DNA from: Betaproteobacteria bacterium
Lineage (GTDB): Bacteria; Pseudomonadota; Gammaproteobacteria; Burkholderiales; SG8-41
Assembly (NCBI GenBank): GCA_900299145.1
Contig: OMIN01000149.1
Location: 41,745-105,744, forward strand
Length of the DNA stretch: 64,000 nt
Reading direction: 5' to 3'
The notes beneath the pieces are model-generated. The model did not search any database, had not been told where the DNA came from, and worked only from the letters and a program-made list of their open reading frames with translations. The translations under genes were made by a program, and so were the position numbers. Shown here in pieces: positions 18,440-30,111 of the stretch (position 1 is the stretch's first letter; each line of letters starts with the position of its first letter).

Positions 18440-18461
18440 ATGGGCGGTTCGCCCATTTTTT
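18440..18461 (+). terminator. rimP leader hairpin/attenuator ATGGGCG-GTT-CGCCCAT plus U tract
   Basis: Stem-loop and T run about 40 bp before rimP. Confidence 0.7.
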
Positions 18462-18503
18462 GTTTCTGGCGTTTGGCGCGTGGTCGGTAAGGTATTGATT
18501 TAA

Positions 18504-18941
18504 ATGGATTTATTGGTTCTACTGGAAACGACGCTGGCCGGCTTGGGATATGAGTTGGTGGATATGGAACGCTCGGGCAGGGGCGGTCTGATGAGAGTTT
18601 TCATAGACAAACCCGGCGGAGTGAACCTGGATGATTGCACGCTGGTGAGCAATCATCTGTCGCGGGTGTTGACGGTGGAAAATGTGCCGTATGAGCGGCT
18701 GGAGATTTCGTCGCCGGGGCTGGACAGGCCATTGAAAAAGGAGCGCGATTTTGTGCGCTTTGCGGGGCAGAAGGTGCGTGTGAAGTTGCGTGTGCCGCTG
18801 GAAGGGCAGCGTAATTTCGTGGGCGTGTTGCGGGAAACTCGTGCAGGTGCGGTGGTGCTGCAACTGGACGAGGGCGAGGGCAAGACGGTGACGTTTGATC
18901 TTGCCAATCTCGATAGGGCGCGGCTGGTTCCGGTGCTATAA
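18504..18941 (+). CDS. rimP: Ribosome maturation factor RimP
   Basis: [12 protein letters not shown] motif; operon position. Confidence 0.96.
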   Translation: MDLLVLLETTLAGLGYELVDMERSGRGGLMRVFIDKPGGVNLDDCTLVSNHLSRVLTVENVPYERLEISSPGLDRPLKKERDFVRFAGQKVRVKLRVPLEGQRNFVGVLRETRAGAVVLQLDEGEGKTVTFDLANLDRARLVPVL

Positions 18942-18976
18942 GCGCCGTCGGGTGATTCGAGGATTGGGAGTTTGGC

Positions 18977-20461
18977 ATGAGCAAGGAAATTCTGTTGTTG
19001 GTGGATGCGCTGGCGCGCGAGAAAAACGTCGATAAGGAAATTGTCTTCGGCGCGCTTGAGCTCGCGCTGGCTTCGGCCAGCAAGAAGAAGTTCAGCGAGG
19101 ACGTGGACATTCGCGCTTCGGTGCATCGCGAAACCGGCGAGTTTTCGTTCTTCCGCCGCTGGCTGGTGGTGCCCGACGCGGAAATCGAAACGCCTTCACG
19201 CGAATACAAACTGCACGAAGCGGTTGAGGAAAAGCCCGATTCGAAAATCGGCGATTACATCGAAGAGCCGCTGGAAGGTTTCGATCCGGGCCGCATCGGC
19301 GCGCAGACCGCCAAGCAGGTGATTTTGCAGCGCATTCGCGATGCCGAACGCGAGCAGATTCTCAACGACTTTTTGGCGCGCGGCGAACATCTGGTTACCG
19401 GCACCATCAAGCGCATGGAGCGCGGCAATGCCATTATCGAGTCCGGGCGGCTTGAGGCATTGCTGCCACGCGATCAGATGATTCCGAAGGAAAACCTGCG
19501 CGTGGGCGACCGCGTGCGCGCTCTGGTGTGGAAGGTGGAGCGCGCGATGCGCGGCCCGCAGTTGATTCTGTCGCGCACCGCGCCGGAATTCATTATCCGT
19601 TTGTTTGAGCTGGAAGTGCCGGAGCTCGAAGACGGCCTGATGGAAATCAAGGCGGCGGCGCGCGACCCTGGCCTGCGCGCAAAAATTGCGGTTCTGTCGA
19701 AGGATCGGCGCATCGACCCGATTGGCACCTGTGTCGGCATGCGCGGCTCGCGCGTGCAGGCGGTGACGGGCGAACTCGCGCAGGAGCGTGTCGATATCGT
19801 GCTGTGGAACGAAGACCCCGCGCAGTTCGTGGTGAGTGCGCTGGCGCCCGCCGAGGTCAGCAAAATCACGGTGGACGAAGAAAAGCGCACGATGGACATC
19901 GTGGTGGACGAGGAAAATCTCGCCCAGGCCATCGGCCGTGGCGGCCAGAACGTGCGGCTTGCCAGCGAACTGACCGGCTGGGAAATCAACATCATGAAGG
20001 AAGATGAGTGGAAGCAGAAATCCGAGGAAGAGTCCTCGAAAATCCGCGCCATTTTCATGGAAAAGCTCGATGTCGATGAGGAAGTCGCCGACATTCTGAT
20101 GGAAGAAGGTTTTTCGTCGCTCGAGGAAGTGGCTTATGTGTCCCGCGCGGAGATGCTGGAAATCGAGGCCTTCGATGAAGAAACCGTGGATGAATTGCGG
20201 TCGCGCGCGCGTAATGCGCTGCTGACGCTGGAAATCGCTTCCGAGGAAAAAGTCGAGCACGACATTGAAGATCTGATGAAGGTTGAATCCATGGATCGCG
20301 ATACCGCGAAGCTGCTTGCATCCAAGGGTATCGGCACGCAGGAAGCGCTGGCGGATTACGCCACCGATGATCTGGTGGAAGAAACCGGCATCGAGGCGGA
20401 GCGGGCCAGCGAACTCATCATGGCGGCACGCGCGCCGTGGTTCGCGGAATCGAACGCCTGA
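18977..20461 (+). CDS. nusA: Transcription factor NusA
   Basis: [36 protein letters not shown]. Confidence 0.98.
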   Translation: MSKEILLLVDALAREKNVDKEIVFGALELALASASKKKFSEDVDIRASVHRETGEFSFFRRWLVVPDAEIETPSREYKLHEAVEEKPDSKIGDYIEEPLEGFDPGRIGAQTAKQVILQRIRDAEREQILNDFLARGEHLVTGTIKRMERGNAIIESGRLEALLPRDQMIPKENLRVGDRVRALVWKVERAMRGPQLILSRTAPEFIIRLFELEVPELEDGLMEIKAAARDPGLRAKIAVLSKDRRIDPIGTCVGMRGSRVQAVTGELAQERVDIVLWNEDPAQFVVSALAPAEVSKITVDEEKRTMDIVVDEENLAQAIGRGGQNVRLASELTGWEINIMKEDEWKQKSEEESSKIRAIFMEKLDVDEEVADILMEEGFSSLEEVAYVSRAEMLEIEAFDEETVDELRSRARNALLTLEIASEEKVEHDIEDLMKVESMDRDTAKLLASKGIGTQEALADYATDDLVEETGIEAERASELIMAARAPWFAESNA

Positions 20462-20477
20462 TAGCCTATCGCTTGCA

Positions 20478-20511
20478 CAGACTGACCCAGACTGACCCAC
20501 ACCGACCGACG
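20478..20511. repeat. 10-mer tandem repeat CAGACTGACC between nusA and infB
   Basis: Two exact units plus a degenerate third. Confidence 0.5.
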
Positions 20512-20518
20512 AGATCGC

Positions 20519-23380
20519 ATGGCGCAACAGAACGTCACACAATTTGCCAAAGACCTGGGCGTGCCGCCGGCACAGCTCATTGAGCAGTTGCAGGCTGCGG
20601 GCGTGAAAAAAGCGTTCGCGGCGGAAACCGCCCTGACCGAAGGCGACAAGACGCAACTCCTTGATTTTCTTAAACAATCTCACGGGCAAAAAGAAGAGAA
20701 AAAGAAAATCACGCTGACCCGGCGGTCCACCACCGAGATCAAGAAGGCGGATGCGACTACTGGTAAGGCGCGCACAATTCAGGTTGAAGTGCGCAAGAAG
20801 CGCGTGCTGGTCAAGCGCGATGCGCCGGCTGTCGCCGAAGCGCCGGTCGCACCGGCGGTAGAAGAGGCGGCCGAAGTAGCTGCACAAGCTGCGCCGGTTG
20901 CACCAGTTGCACCGGTCGCACCCGAACCTCCTGCTATTGAAACACCGCAGCCCGTGGCAGAACCGGTGGTGGCAAAAGCGGCCGAGCCGCCACCCGTTGT
21001 CGAAACGCCGGTGGTGGCGGCGCCCGAACCGGCTGCGCCCCAGCCTGCTGCGGTTACGCAGCCAGCGCCTGCTGCCCCTCCCGCTCCTGCGGCTCCCGTT
21101 ACTGCTGCCACTCCGGCCACGCCTGAAGCGCCCGTTGTTCGCAGGACCGTACCCGGCCCGCGTCCGGTGCTGGATGCCAAACAAATCGCCATTCGCGAAG
21201 CCGAGGCCCGGCAACACGCCGCGTTGGCGCAGCGTCAGGCCGAGGAATTGCAGAAGAAGCAGGCGTTGGAGGCCGAGCGCAGGCGCAAGGCTGAACTGGC
21301 GGCTGCTGCTGCGGAGGCGGCAAAAAATGCCAAGGCTAATGAAGCCACGGCCAAAAAGCCCGAAGGTGGAGTGGCTGGTACCCTTCACAAACCCGCGATG
21401 CCTGCGGGCGAGAAGAAATCGCCCAAGAAGGCAGCAGCTCCCAAGGCTGCGCCCGGTGCATGGCGCGACGAAGGCGCGGCCAAGCGCCGCACCATCAAGA
21501 CGCGCGGCGACGCCACGGGCGGCACGGGAATTGGCGGCTGGCGTGATCGCAAAGCCAAGCACGGCTGGCACAAGGACGATGCTGAAGCGCAACACGCGTT
21601 TTCGGCGCCCACCGAACCGGTGGTGCGCGATGTCGTCGTGCCGGAAACCATTACCGTTGCCGATCTTGCGCACAAGATGTCGGTGAAGGCTGCCGAAGTA
21701 ATCAAGGCGCTCATGAAACTCGGCAGCATGGTCACGATCAATCAAGTGCTCGATCAGGACACCGCAATGATCGTGATCGAGGAAATGGGGCACAAGGCGG
21801 TGCGCGCCAAGCTTGACGACCCGGATGCGTTCCTCACCGAAGACCAGGCACCACATGCCGAAGCCGTGGCTGAAACACGCGCACCGGTGGTCACCGTGAT
21901 GGGCCACGTCGACCACGGCAAGACGTCACTGCTCGACAAGATTCGCAGCACCAAGGTGACGGTGGGCGAGGCGGGCGGCATTACCCAGCACATCGGCGCG
22001 TATCACGTAGAGACGGCCAAGGGCATGGTGACATTCCTTGATACACCGGGCCACGAGGCCTTTACCGCCATGCGTGCGCGCGGCTCGAAGGTCACTGATC
22101 TGGTGATTCTGGTGGTGGCGGCGGATGACGGTGTGATGCCGCAAACGCAGGAAGCCATCGCACATGCCAAGGCGGCCAAGGTGCCCCTGGTGGTGGCGTT
22201 GAACAAGATTGACAAACCGGAGGCCAACGCTGAACGCGTGATGCAGGATCTGGCGTCGCAAGAGGTCGTGCCGGAGCAATGGGGCGGCGATACGCAGTTC
22301 GTGCCGGTATCGGCGCGCACGGGCGAAGGGCTGGATGCCCTGCTCGACGCCGTGCTGTTGCAGGCAGAGGTGCTGGATCTGAAAGCGCCGAAAGAAGCGC
22401 CGGCCAAGGGTGTAGTGATCGAATCGCGGCTCGACAAAGGGCGTGGTCCGGTGGCCACGGTGCTGGTGCAATCGGGTACGTTAAAGCAGGGCGATGTCCT
22501 GCTCGCGGGCGCGGTGTTCGGGCGCGTGCGCGCGCTGGTGGACGAAGCGGGGGGCACGGTCAAGGAAGCCGGGCCGTCGATTCCAGTGGAAGTGCTGGGC
22601 TTGCAGGATGTGCCCGCGGCAGGTGCGGACGTGCTGGTGCTGGGCGATGAGCGCAAGGCGCGCGAAATCGCGCTGTTCCGCCAGGGCAAGTTCCGCGACG
22701 TTAAGCTCGCCAAGCAGCAGTCGGCCAAGCTGGAAAACATGTTCGACCAGATGGGCGAAGGCGAGAAAAAAATGCTCCAGCTCATCATCAAGGCCGACGT
22801 GCAGGGCTCGTACGAAGGCTTGTCTCATGCGCTGTCGAAACTCTCGACCGACGAGGTGAAGGTCAACATCGTGCATGCAGCGATTGGCGGCATTACCGAA
22901 TCGGACATCAACCTCGCGCTGGCATCCAAGGCGGTGGTGATCGGCTTTAACGTGCGTGCCGACGCGGCCGCGCGCAAGCTGGCAGAAAGTGGCGGCATCG
23001 ATATCCGCTACTACAACATCATTTACGAAGCGGTCGACGACGTAAAAGCCGCGCTGACTGGCATGCTGGCGCCGGAGCGCAAGGAAAATACGCTGGGCAC
23101 GGTCGAGGTGCGCGAAATTTTCCGCATCTCCAAGGTGGGCACGGTGGCGGGCTGTTTCGTCAGCGATGGCCTCGTGCGGCGCAATGCGCGTGTGCGCGTG
23201 CTGCGCGACAGCGTGGTGATTCACGAAGGCGAATTCGATTCCTTAAAGCGTTTCAAGGACGATGTGCGCGAAGTCAAATCGGGCTTTGAATGCGGCCTGT
23301 CGCTCAAGGGTTATAACGATCTGAAAGCCGGCGACCAGCTTGAAGTGTTTGAGGTGGTTGAAGTAGCGAGAACTCTTTAA
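20519..23380 (+). CDS. infB: Translation initiation factor IF-2
   Basis: [25 protein letters not shown]; Ala/Pro-rich linker. Confidence 0.99.
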   Translation: MAQQNVTQFAKDLGVPPAQLIEQLQAAGVKKAFAAETALTEGDKTQLLDFLKQSHGQKEEKKKITLTRRSTTEIKKADATTGKARTIQVEVRKKRVLVKRDAPAVAEAPVAPAVEEAAEVAAQAAPVAPVAPVAPEPPAIETPQPVAEPVVAKAAEPPPVVETPVVAAPEPAAPQPAAVTQPAPAAPPAPAAPVTAATPATPEAPVVRRTVPGPRPVLDAKQIAIREAEARQHAALAQRQAEELQKKQALEAERRRKAELAAAAAEAAKNAKANEATAKKPEGGVAGTLHKPAMPAGEKKSPKKAAAPKAAPGAWRDEGAAKRRTIKTRGDATGGTGIGGWRDRKAKHGWHKDDAEAQHAFSAPTEPVVRDVVVPETITVADLAHKMSVKAAEVIKALMKLGSMVTINQVLDQDTAMIVIEEMGHKAVRAKLDDPDAFLTEDQAPHAEAVAETRAPVVTVMGHVDHGKTSLLDKIRSTKVTVGEAGGITQHIGAYHVETAKGMVTFLDTPGHEAFTAMRARGSKVTDLVILVVAADDGVMPQTQEAIAHAKAAKVPLVVALNKIDKPEANAERVMQDLASQEVVPEQWGGDTQFVPVSARTGEGLDALLDAVLLQAEVLDLKAPKEAPAKGVVIESRLDKGRGPVATVLVQSGTLKQGDVLLAGAVFGRVRALVDEAGGTVKEAGPSIPVEVLGLQDVPAAGADVLVLGDERKAREIALFRQGKFRDVKLAKQQSAKLENMFDQMGEGEKKMLQLIIKADVQGSYEGLSHALSKLSTDEVKVNIVHAAIGGITESDINLALASKAVVIGFNVRADAAARKLAESGGIDIRYYNIIYEAVDDVKAALTGMLAPERKENTLGTVEVREIFRISKVGTVAGCFVSDGLVRRNARVRVLRDSVVIHEGEFDSLKRFKDDVREVKSGFECGLSLKGYNDLKAGDQLEVFEVVEVARTL

Positions 23381-23495
23381 CTATTTGTTTTTAAATAGTT
23401 TTTATTAATCGCCTTATTGCGGAATACGCTTAAAACACGGAAGATATCTTTGGTGAGTTTTTTCGCGTGTTTTGCGGTAAAGACGGTTTGCTGAC

Positions 23496-23882
23496 ATGCC
23501 CAAAGATTACCCCCGTGCCCGCCGCATCGCCGATCAAATCCAGCGTGAGTTATCGGAAATCATCCGGCTGGAACTGAAAGACCCGCGTGTCGGCATGATC
23601 ACGTTGACGGACGTGGAGGTGACGCCGGATTACTCACATGCCAAAGTGTTTTTTACACGGCTGGGAGACGAGGCGGATAACGGCAAAATCCTCAAGGCAT
23701 TGGAGCACGCGGGCGGATTTCTGCGTAGCGAGCTCGCTCACCGCATGCGGCTGCGCCTCGTGCCCGAACTGCATTTTGAATACGACGAGTCGGTGGCGCG
23801 CGGCGCGCGGCTGTCCAGTTTGATCGACGAGGCTGTGGGCGCAAAATCCGCAAAATCTGGCGCGAAGCCAGCGCTCAAGTAG
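23496..23882 (+). CDS. rbfA: Ribosome-binding factor A
   Basis: RIADQIQREL...KDPR, PELHFEYDES. Confidence 0.97.
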   Translation: MPKDYPRARRIADQIQRELSEIIRLELKDPRVGMITLTDVEVTPDYSHAKVFFTRLGDEADNGKILKALEHAGGFLRSELAHRMRLRLVPELHFEYDESVARGARLSSLIDEAVGAKSAKSGAKPALK

Positions 23883-23903
23883 GGCTCTATTGGTGGTTTC
23901 AGC

Positions 23904-24851
23904 GTGAGCAAGCCCCGGCGCAACTACCGCAGCGTCGATGGCGTGCTGCTGTTGGACAAGCCGCTGGGCATCAGCTCGCAGCAGGCGGTGAGCCGCGCGC
24001 GCCATCTGTTCAATGCCGCCAAGGCCGGCCACACCGGCACGCTCGATCCCGCCGCCGATGGCCTGCTGCCCGTGTGTTTTGGCGAAGCGACCAAGTTCAG
24101 CCATTTTTTGCTCGATGCTGACAAGACTTATGTGGCGACGGTGCGGCTGGGCGTGACCACTACGACGGGCGATGCCGAGGGGGACATTATTGCCAGCAAG
24201 CCACCGGTGACCGACCCGGTGTTGATCGCGCGGGCTGTTGAGAAATTTCGTGGCGACATTGTGCAAACGCCGCCCATGCACAGCGCCTTGAAGCACCAAG
24301 GCGTGCCACTCTACGAATACGCGCGCATGGGTGTCGATATCGAGCGCGCGCCCCGTAATGTCCGTATCCATGAATTGCAAGTATTTGATTTAATAGATAA
24401 TTTTTTTAAACTGCGGGTGCGCTGCAGTAAAGGCACCTACATCCGCGTCCTAGCGGAAGACATCGGCACGGCACTCGGCTGCGGCGCCAGCCTGTCCGCG
24501 CTGACGCGCACGGCGACTGGAGAGTTCGCACTCAATCATCCCTCGGTGTGCACGCTGGCGGCACTGCAGGACATGCCGGAAACCGAGCGCATGGTGCGAT
24601 TGCTACCGGTTGACACGCTGCTGCGTGGCTTGCCTGAACTGGAAGTCGGCGCAACCGAGGCGCAGCGCCTGCTGCTCGGCCAGAAACTCGCGTTGCGGCA
24701 GGCTCTTAATAGCGGTTATGCCCGCATTTACGGCCCGAACCGGCGATTTTTGGGGCTGGTGGAGGTGGGCGCGGGTGGGCGTACCGTGCCTTACCGCATG
24801 CTCGCGCAGCAATCGGCCAGCGGCCAGACCGGGCATGATGCAACGCAATGA
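23904..24851 (+). CDS. truB: tRNA pseudouridine(55) synthase
   Basis: LLLDKPLG, KAGHTGTLDP, CSKGTYIR. Confidence 0.97.
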   Translation: MSKPRRNYRSVDGVLLLDKPLGISSQQAVSRARHLFNAAKAGHTGTLDPAADGLLPVCFGEATKFSHFLLDADKTYVATVRLGVTTTTGDAEGDIIASKPPVTDPVLIARAVEKFRGDIVQTPPMHSALKHQGVPLYEYARMGVDIERAPRNVRIHELQVFDLIDNFFKLRVRCSKGTYIRVLAEDIGTALGCGASLSALTRTATGEFALNHPSVCTLAALQDMPETERMVRLLPVDTLLRGLPELEVGATEAQRLLLGQKLALRQALNSGYARIYGPNRRFLGLVEVGAGGRTVPYRMLAQQSASGQTGHDATQ

Positions 24852-24936
24852 AAAACTTGAAAAATTCCCCAATTTTCAGGTACAATACTGGGTTTTCCGA
24901 GCGAAGAAAATCTGGGGATATTGGAGATATTAAATT

Positions 24937-25206
24937 ATGGCGGTAACTACACAACAAAAGGCGCAAGTCGTCGCCGAATACCAGCGCAAGGCCGGTGACA
25001 CCGGGTCGCCCGAAGTGCAAATCGCGTTGCTGACCACGCGTATCACGGGCTTGACCGATCACTTCAAAGCGAACGTGAAGGATCATCACTCGCGCCGCGG
25101 CCTGTTGCGTATGGTGAGCCAGCGCCGCAAACTGCTGGATTATTTGAAGCGCAGCGATGCCAACAAATACAAGAACGTGATTGACCGCCTCGGGCTGCGC
25201 AAGTAA
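24937..25206 (+). CDS. rpsO: 30S ribosomal protein S15
   Basis: [23 protein letters not shown]. Confidence 0.99.
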   Translation: MAVTTQQKAQVVAEYQRKAGDTGSPEVQIALLTTRITGLTDHFKANVKDHHSRRGLLRMVSQRRKLLDYLKRSDANKYKNVIDRLGLRK

Positions 25207-25385
25207 CGCGCGTCCTAAGCCGTCAAAGTTATTCGCGAGCCCGTTGTTCAACAACCAATCGCCCGCCATGCCGGGAACCCGCTCAATTTCGTTGGCGCAT
25301 GCCGCCGCGCCTCTTGTTGCGGTTATGGGTGTGGCTGGTGCGGGTTTTGGCATCTTGGCCTCGGGGCGCCGCGCACGTTTGCAGT

Positions 25386-25415
25386 AAAAAAAGACCGCCG
25401 GTGGGCGGTCTTTTT
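25386..25415 (+). terminator. Intrinsic terminator downstream of rpsO
   Basis: AAAAAGACCGCC-GGTG-GGCGGTCTTTTT. Confidence 0.8.
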
Positions 25416-25481
25416 GTTTGCTGTTTCGATTGAAGAATTCAGAGTGAAAACCATAGTGATAATGAAAGCAGGGGATACGAA

Positions 25482-27587
25482 TTGAGTCACGTTAAAAAGT
25501 CGATCATGTGGGGGCGTCACCAGTTGACGCTGGAGACCGGTGAAATTGCGCGCCAGTCGGGCGGTGCGGTGATGGTGTCGATGGACGAAACCGTGGTGCT
25601 GGTTACTGCGGTGGCGCAACGCAAGGTGAAGGCCGGGCAGGATTTCTTCCCTCTTACCGTCGACTATCAGGAAAAGACTTACGCTGCGGGCAAAATTCCC
25701 GGCGGCTTTTTCCGCCGCGAAGGACGTCCTTCCGAGAAAGAAATTCTGACCTGCCGTTTGATCGACCGCCCGCTGCGGCCGCTGTTCCCGGACGGCTTTT
25801 ACAACGAAGTGCAGATCATCGCCACAGTGATGTCGTCGAACAGCGAAATCGACTCCGACATTCCCGCCATGATCGGCGCCTCGGCCGCGCTGGCGATTTC
25901 CGGCGTGCCGTTCCAGGGGCCGATCGGTGCCGCGCGCGTGGGCTATATGAACGGCGGCTACGTGCTGAATCCGACGCAGACCGAGCTCAAGACCACGCAA
26001 CTGGATTTGGTGGTTGCCGGAACGCAGCAGGCGGTATTGATGGTGGAATCCGAGGCGCAAGTGCTATCCGAGGACGTGATGCTGGGCGCAGTGGTGTTCG
26101 GCCACGAGCAGATGCAGGCCGTGATCAATCTTATCCACGAACTGGTGGAAGAAGCCGGCAAGCCCTTGTGGGACTGGGCGCCAGCGCCGAAAGACGAAGC
26201 GCTCACCGCGCGCATCACCGCGCTGGCCGAGAAGGATTTGAACGCCGCGTTCCAGATGAAGGAGAAGCAGGCGCGTTCGGCGGCCATTGACGACATCTGG
26301 AAGCGCGTACACACCGAAGTCGGCGTGGGCACGGAAGGCGGCCCCGATGCCAACGCGGTGGGCGAAATCTGCTTCGCGCTGGAATCGAAGATCGTGCGCG
26401 GGCAAATTCTGAATGGCGAGCCGCGCATCGATGGGCGCGACACACGCACCGTGCGCCCGATTACGATTCGCAACAGCGTGTTACCGCGTACGCATGGCTC
26501 GGCGCTGTTTACACGTGGCGAAACGCAGGCGCTGGTGGTGGCCACGCTGGGCACCGCGCGCGACGAACAGCGCGTGGATGCACTGATGGGCGAGTATTCC
26601 GACCGCTTCATGCTTCACTACAACATGCCGCCGTTCGCCACCGGCGAAACCGGCCGCGTGGGCACTCCCAAGCGGCGTGAAATTGGCCATGGACGGCTCG
26701 CCAAGCGTGCACTGTTGGCAGTGTTGCCCAAGCCCGAGGAATTTGCGTATTCGATCCGCGTCGTGTCCGAAATAACCGAATCGAACGGTTCGAGTTCGAT
26801 GGCCTCGGTGTGTGGCGGCTGTCTTGCGCTGATGGATGCCGGCGTGCCGTTGAAAGACCATGTCGCGGGTATCGCGATGGGCCTCATCAAGGAAGGCAAC
26901 CGCTTTGCCGTGTTGTCGGATATTCTGGGTGACGAAGATCACCTGGGCGACATGGATTTCAAGGTGGCCGGTACCGCGACGGGCATTACCGCGTTGCAAA
27001 TGGACATCAAGATCACCGGCATTACCAAGGAAATCATGCATGCCGCGCTGGTACAGGCGCGTGAAGGCCGGCTGCATATTCTCGAAAAAATGCGTGGTGC
27101 GATGCAGACGGCGCGCACCGATCTGTCGGCGTGGGCGCCGCGCATGATCACCTTCAAGATCAAGCCAGACAAGATTCGCGATGTGATCGGCAAGGGTGGC
27201 GCGGTAATCCGTGCGCTGACCGAGGAAACCGGCACCACCATCGACATTCAAGATGATGGCTCGGTGACCATCGCCTGCGTATCAGCCGAGGGTGGTGAGG
27301 CCGCGCGCAAACGCATCGAAGAAATCACGGCAGACGTCGAAGTCGGCAAGATTTATGACGGCACCGTGTTGAAGCTGCTGGATTTTGGTGCGATCGTCAG
27401 CGTGCTGCCGGGCCGCGATGGCCTGCTGCATATTTCGCAAATCGCCAACGAGCGCGTAAACGCAGTGGCTGATTATTTGAAGGAAGGTCAGGCCGTGCGC
27501 GTTAAAGTGCTGGAGGCTGACGAAAAAGGCCGCCTGCGCTTGTCAATGAAGGCGGCGGCGGCGGAAGCTGCGGCGCCAAGCGCGTGA
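25482..27587 (+). CDS. pnp: Polyribonucleotide nucleotidyltransferase (PNPase)
   Basis: [26 protein letters not shown] and S1 domains. Confidence 0.99.
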   Translation: MSHVKKSIMWGRHQLTLETGEIARQSGGAVMVSMDETVVLVTAVAQRKVKAGQDFFPLTVDYQEKTYAAGKIPGGFFRREGRPSEKEILTCRLIDRPLRPLFPDGFYNEVQIIATVMSSNSEIDSDIPAMIGASAALAISGVPFQGPIGAARVGYMNGGYVLNPTQTELKTTQLDLVVAGTQQAVLMVESEAQVLSEDVMLGAVVFGHEQMQAVINLIHELVEEAGKPLWDWAPAPKDEALTARITALAEKDLNAAFQMKEKQARSAAIDDIWKRVHTEVGVGTEGGPDANAVGEICFALESKIVRGQILNGEPRIDGRDTRTVRPITIRNSVLPRTHGSALFTRGETQALVVATLGTARDEQRVDALMGEYSDRFMLHYNMPPFATGETGRVGTPKRREIGHGRLAKRALLAVLPKPEEFAYSIRVVSEITESNGSSSMASVCGGCLALMDAGVPLKDHVAGIAMGLIKEGNRFAVLSDILGDEDHLGDMDFKVAGTATGITALQMDIKITGITKEIMHAALVQAREGRLHILEKMRGAMQTARTDLSAWAPRMITFKIKPDKIRDVIGKGGAVIRALTEETGTTIDIQDDGSVTIACVSAEGGEAARKRIEEITADVEVGKIYDGTVLKLLDFGAIVSVLPGRDGLLHISQIANERVNAVADYLKEGQAVRVKVLEADEKGRLRLSMKAAAAEAAAPSA

Positions 27588-27614
27588 TGCACGTAGCGTA
27601 TCGCCTCACAGCAA

Positions 27615-27648
27615 AATAAAAAAGGCGGCTTTGGCCGCCTTTTTTATT
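27615..27648. terminator. Bidirectional terminator after pnp
   Basis: AATAAAAAAGGCGGC-TTTG-GCCGCCTTTTTTATT. Confidence 0.85.
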
Positions 27649-27766
27649 GAATCGCTCTAGCGAAGCGGAAAAGGGTTTCTCTATAAGTATTTGTTTTAAT
27701 TGGATATTTTATTTGACTTTGGCTGCGATGTAACTTTTGCCTTCAGCAGAATCTCGATCGAGTCGC

Positions 27767-27799
27767 AAAAAAGCCGCTCACATGGAGCGGCTTTTTTTT
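27767..27799. terminator. Second bidirectional terminator (dksA side)
   Basis: AAAAAAGCCGCTC...GAGCGGCTTTTTT. Confidence 0.8.
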
Positions 27800-27943
27800 G
27801 TTTCGACATAACGCGTACCTTAAAGGTTACGCCAGCACTAAAAACAGATCGTAAAAATTCGCATTTTGCGGCCTACTTTGAGTTTCGGCGCCACCTCAAG
27901 CTTCGGTAGCGGTAGCCCTTCACTGAAAACCAGTCGTGAAAAA

Positions 27944-28366
27944 TTACTTCGCGACTTGTCTTTCCCGTAATTCGTCCAGCGTTTTGCAGTCGATGCATAG
28001 CGTGGCAGTGGGCCGCGCTTCGAGACGCTTCAAGCCAATTTCTACGCCACACTTATCGCAATAACCGTAATCGCCACTGTCAATCAGCGCAATGGTGTCG
28101 TCGATTTTCTTGATCAGCTTGCGCTCGCGGTCGCGATTGCGCAACTCCAGTGACATGTCAGATTCCTGCGTTGCGCGATCATTGGGATCGGCGAAAATGG
28201 TCGCCTCGTCCTGCATGGTATGCACCGTGCGGTCAATGTCCTGACTCAAGCCGCGCTTTTGATCTTCCAGAATGGCGCGAAAATGCTCAAGCTGCCGGGG
28301 GTTCATGTATTCCTCTTTCCCCTTGGGCTTGTAGGCTGGAATCGCTTTGCTTTGTTCAGTCGCCAT
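27944..28366 (-). CDS. dksA: RNA polymerase-binding protein DksA
   Basis: EEYMN..QL.HF, ADPNDRATQE, C4 zinc finger CDKC...CIDC. Confidence 0.96.
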   Translation of the reverse strand: MATEQSKAIPAYKPKGKEEYMNPRQLEHFRAILEDQKRGLSQDIDRTVHTMQDEATIFADPNDRATQESDMSLELRNRDRERKLIKKIDDTIALIDSGDYGYCDKCGVEIGLKRLEARPTATLCIDCKTLDELRERQVAK

Positions 28367-28483
28367 GGCAGCTTTATACACCTCATTCACTCTCAAAAAA
28401 ACAACATTCCAACCACGTCAGTATATGGGGCGCGGGGGTTGAGTTTCAAGAACTTCCCGCCCAGCGCCGGTCAGCATTCTACA

Positions 28484-28512
28484 TTGACCAGAGGGGGCGC
28501 GGCGGGTATATT
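28484..28512 (+). promoter_or_regulatory. Sigma70 promoter for the tRNA pair (TTGACC-17-TATATT)
   Basis: Consensus-like hexamers about 50 bp upstream of tRNA-Arg. Confidence 0.65.
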
Positions 28513-28560
28513 ACGCCCCTTTTCGCCATTCGCAGTCCGCCGTGCCCGGCAAAAATTCGT

Positions 28561-28637
28561 GTGCCCGTAGCTCAACCGGATAGAGCACCGGCCTTCTAAG
28601 CCGGGGGTTGTGGGTTCGAGTCCCGCCGGGCGCGCCA
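28561..28637 (+). tRNA. tRNA-Arg (TCT)
   Basis: Cloverleaf; anticodon arm CCGGC-CTTCTAA-GCCGG, GGTTCGAG T loop, CCA end. Confidence 0.95.
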
Positions 28638-28769
28638 CCGGGTTTATTGTGTACTTTAGGTAATTGGCTGATTGGGGTTGGGTGTTTTGGTAGACGGTAG
28701 ATGGTATTTTGGTTTTTAGTAGTGGAGAAGTTTTTCCCAGTTTTCTTTTGTGGTTCTTGGTAGTTCTGC

Positions 28770-28846
28770 GGTGGCTGTAGCTCAGCTGGTAGAGTCCCGG
28801 ATTGTGATTCCGGTTGTCGTGGGTTCGAGTCCCATCAGCCACCCCA
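28770..28846 (+). tRNA. tRNA-His (GTG)
   Basis: G-1; anticodon arm CCGGA-TTGTGAT-TCCGG; T loop; CCA end. Confidence 0.95.
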
Positions 28847-29124
28847 TAAACCCCAGTTTTAATCGACATTTTTCCAGCAAGTTCGTACGCGCTGCTTAAT
28901 GCAGCTCGCTTGCTTGCGCGATGCGTCGCGGTGCTTTGCCCCATGGTCTTTGTACCTGCCGCGAACTGACTTTGTGTCGCCTTTGTGTCTTCTTGACGTT
29001 TCCTTCTTTTCGGCCTCGTGCCGACTTTGTGCTCTCGTCAAGCCTCCTTCCCATCTTTAAACCGAAAATTTGGTGTCGGCGGTATCATTGGGCGTTTGTT
29101 TATTGCCTAGGTTGGGAATAACCC

Positions 29125-30066
29125 GTGACCACGCTTTTTGTATCGCATCCTGACTGTCAGCTGCACGACATGGGCGACCATCATCCCGAGTGTCCGGCGC
29201 GCGTGGTTGCCTTGGAGCGACAGTTGGCGGCCAGCGGGATGATGGGCAGTCTCAAATGCCGAGAGGCTCCCAAGGCGACACGCGAACAACTAGAGCGCGT
29301 GCATGACGTCGGCTATCTCGATGCCATCGAAGATGCTTCCCCGGCACAGGGCTGGGTGCAACTGGATCCAGACACCGCAATGAATCCGCATTCGCTCAAT
29401 GCCGCGTTGCGTGGTGCGGGCGCGGCCGTACTGGCTACAGATGAAGTCATTGCGGGCCGTGCGATGAATGCATTCTGCAACGTGCGTCCGCCCGGACACC
29501 ATGCGCTGCGTGAACGTGCCATGGGTTTTTGTATTCTCAACAACGTCGCGGTGGCTGCGGCGCACGCACTGGAGCATCACGGGCTGGAACGTGTCGCGAT
29601 TATCGATTTTGACGTGCATCATGGCAACGGCACCGAGGAAATTTTCGCCGACGCGCGCTATGACGGCCGCGTGTTGATGGTATCGACGTTTCAGCATCCG
29701 TTTTATCCGTACAGCGGCACTGAGGGACGCTCGGAGCGCATGGTGAACATTCCGCTTGCCGCGCGCAGCGGTGGCGCGGCGTTTCGTTCCGCGGTCGACT
29801 CCTATTGGCTACCCGCACTTAACAATTTCAAACCGCAGATGCTGTTTATTTCGGCAGGTTTCGACGCGCATCGCGAAGATCAACTGGCGATGTTGGAATT
29901 CACCGAGGCGGATTACGCGTGGGTGACGGAAAAACTGATGGTCGTTGCCGCGACGCATGCCGAAGGACGCATCGTGTCAATGTTAGAGGGCGGTTATGCA
30001 TTGGGTGCGCTCGCGCGCAGCGCCGAAGCACATGTGCGCGCGTTGATGAACTCAGCACCTGCGTAG
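29125..30066 (+). CDS. Histone deacetylase family protein
   Basis: HPECPAR, RPPGHHA, IIDFDVHHGNGT, SAGFDAH, LEGGY. Confidence 0.93.
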   Translation: MTTLFVSHPDCQLHDMGDHHPECPARVVALERQLAASGMMGSLKCREAPKATREQLERVHDVGYLDAIEDASPAQGWVQLDPDTAMNPHSLNAALRGAGAAVLATDEVIAGRAMNAFCNVRPPGHHALRERAMGFCILNNVAVAAAHALEHHGLERVAIIDFDVHHGNGTEEIFADARYDGRVLMVSTFQHPFYPYSGTEGRSERMVNIPLAARSGGAAFRSAVDSYWLPALNNFKPQMLFISAGFDAHREDQLAMLEFTEADYAWVTEKLMVVAATHAEGRIVSMLEGGYALGALARSAEAHVRALMNSAPA

Positions 30067-30111
30067 GTGGGTAATTTTAACTATCTGTTTTTAAAGAGAA
30101 AAAATTAACCC

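Noticed and set aside
20820-21140. Ala/Pro/Val repeats in infB as a novel repeat element
   Set aside because: Ordinary variable linker of proteobacterial IF-2
19196-21916. 906-aa minus-strand ORF and other long antisense ORFs (e.g. 4796-6208, 53070-54779)
   Set aside because: Shadow frames of high-GC genes, with no recognisable motifs
28561-29124. Genomic island integrated at tRNA-His or tRNA-Arg
   Set aside because: No integrase, and no duplicated tRNA 3' end noticed in the window
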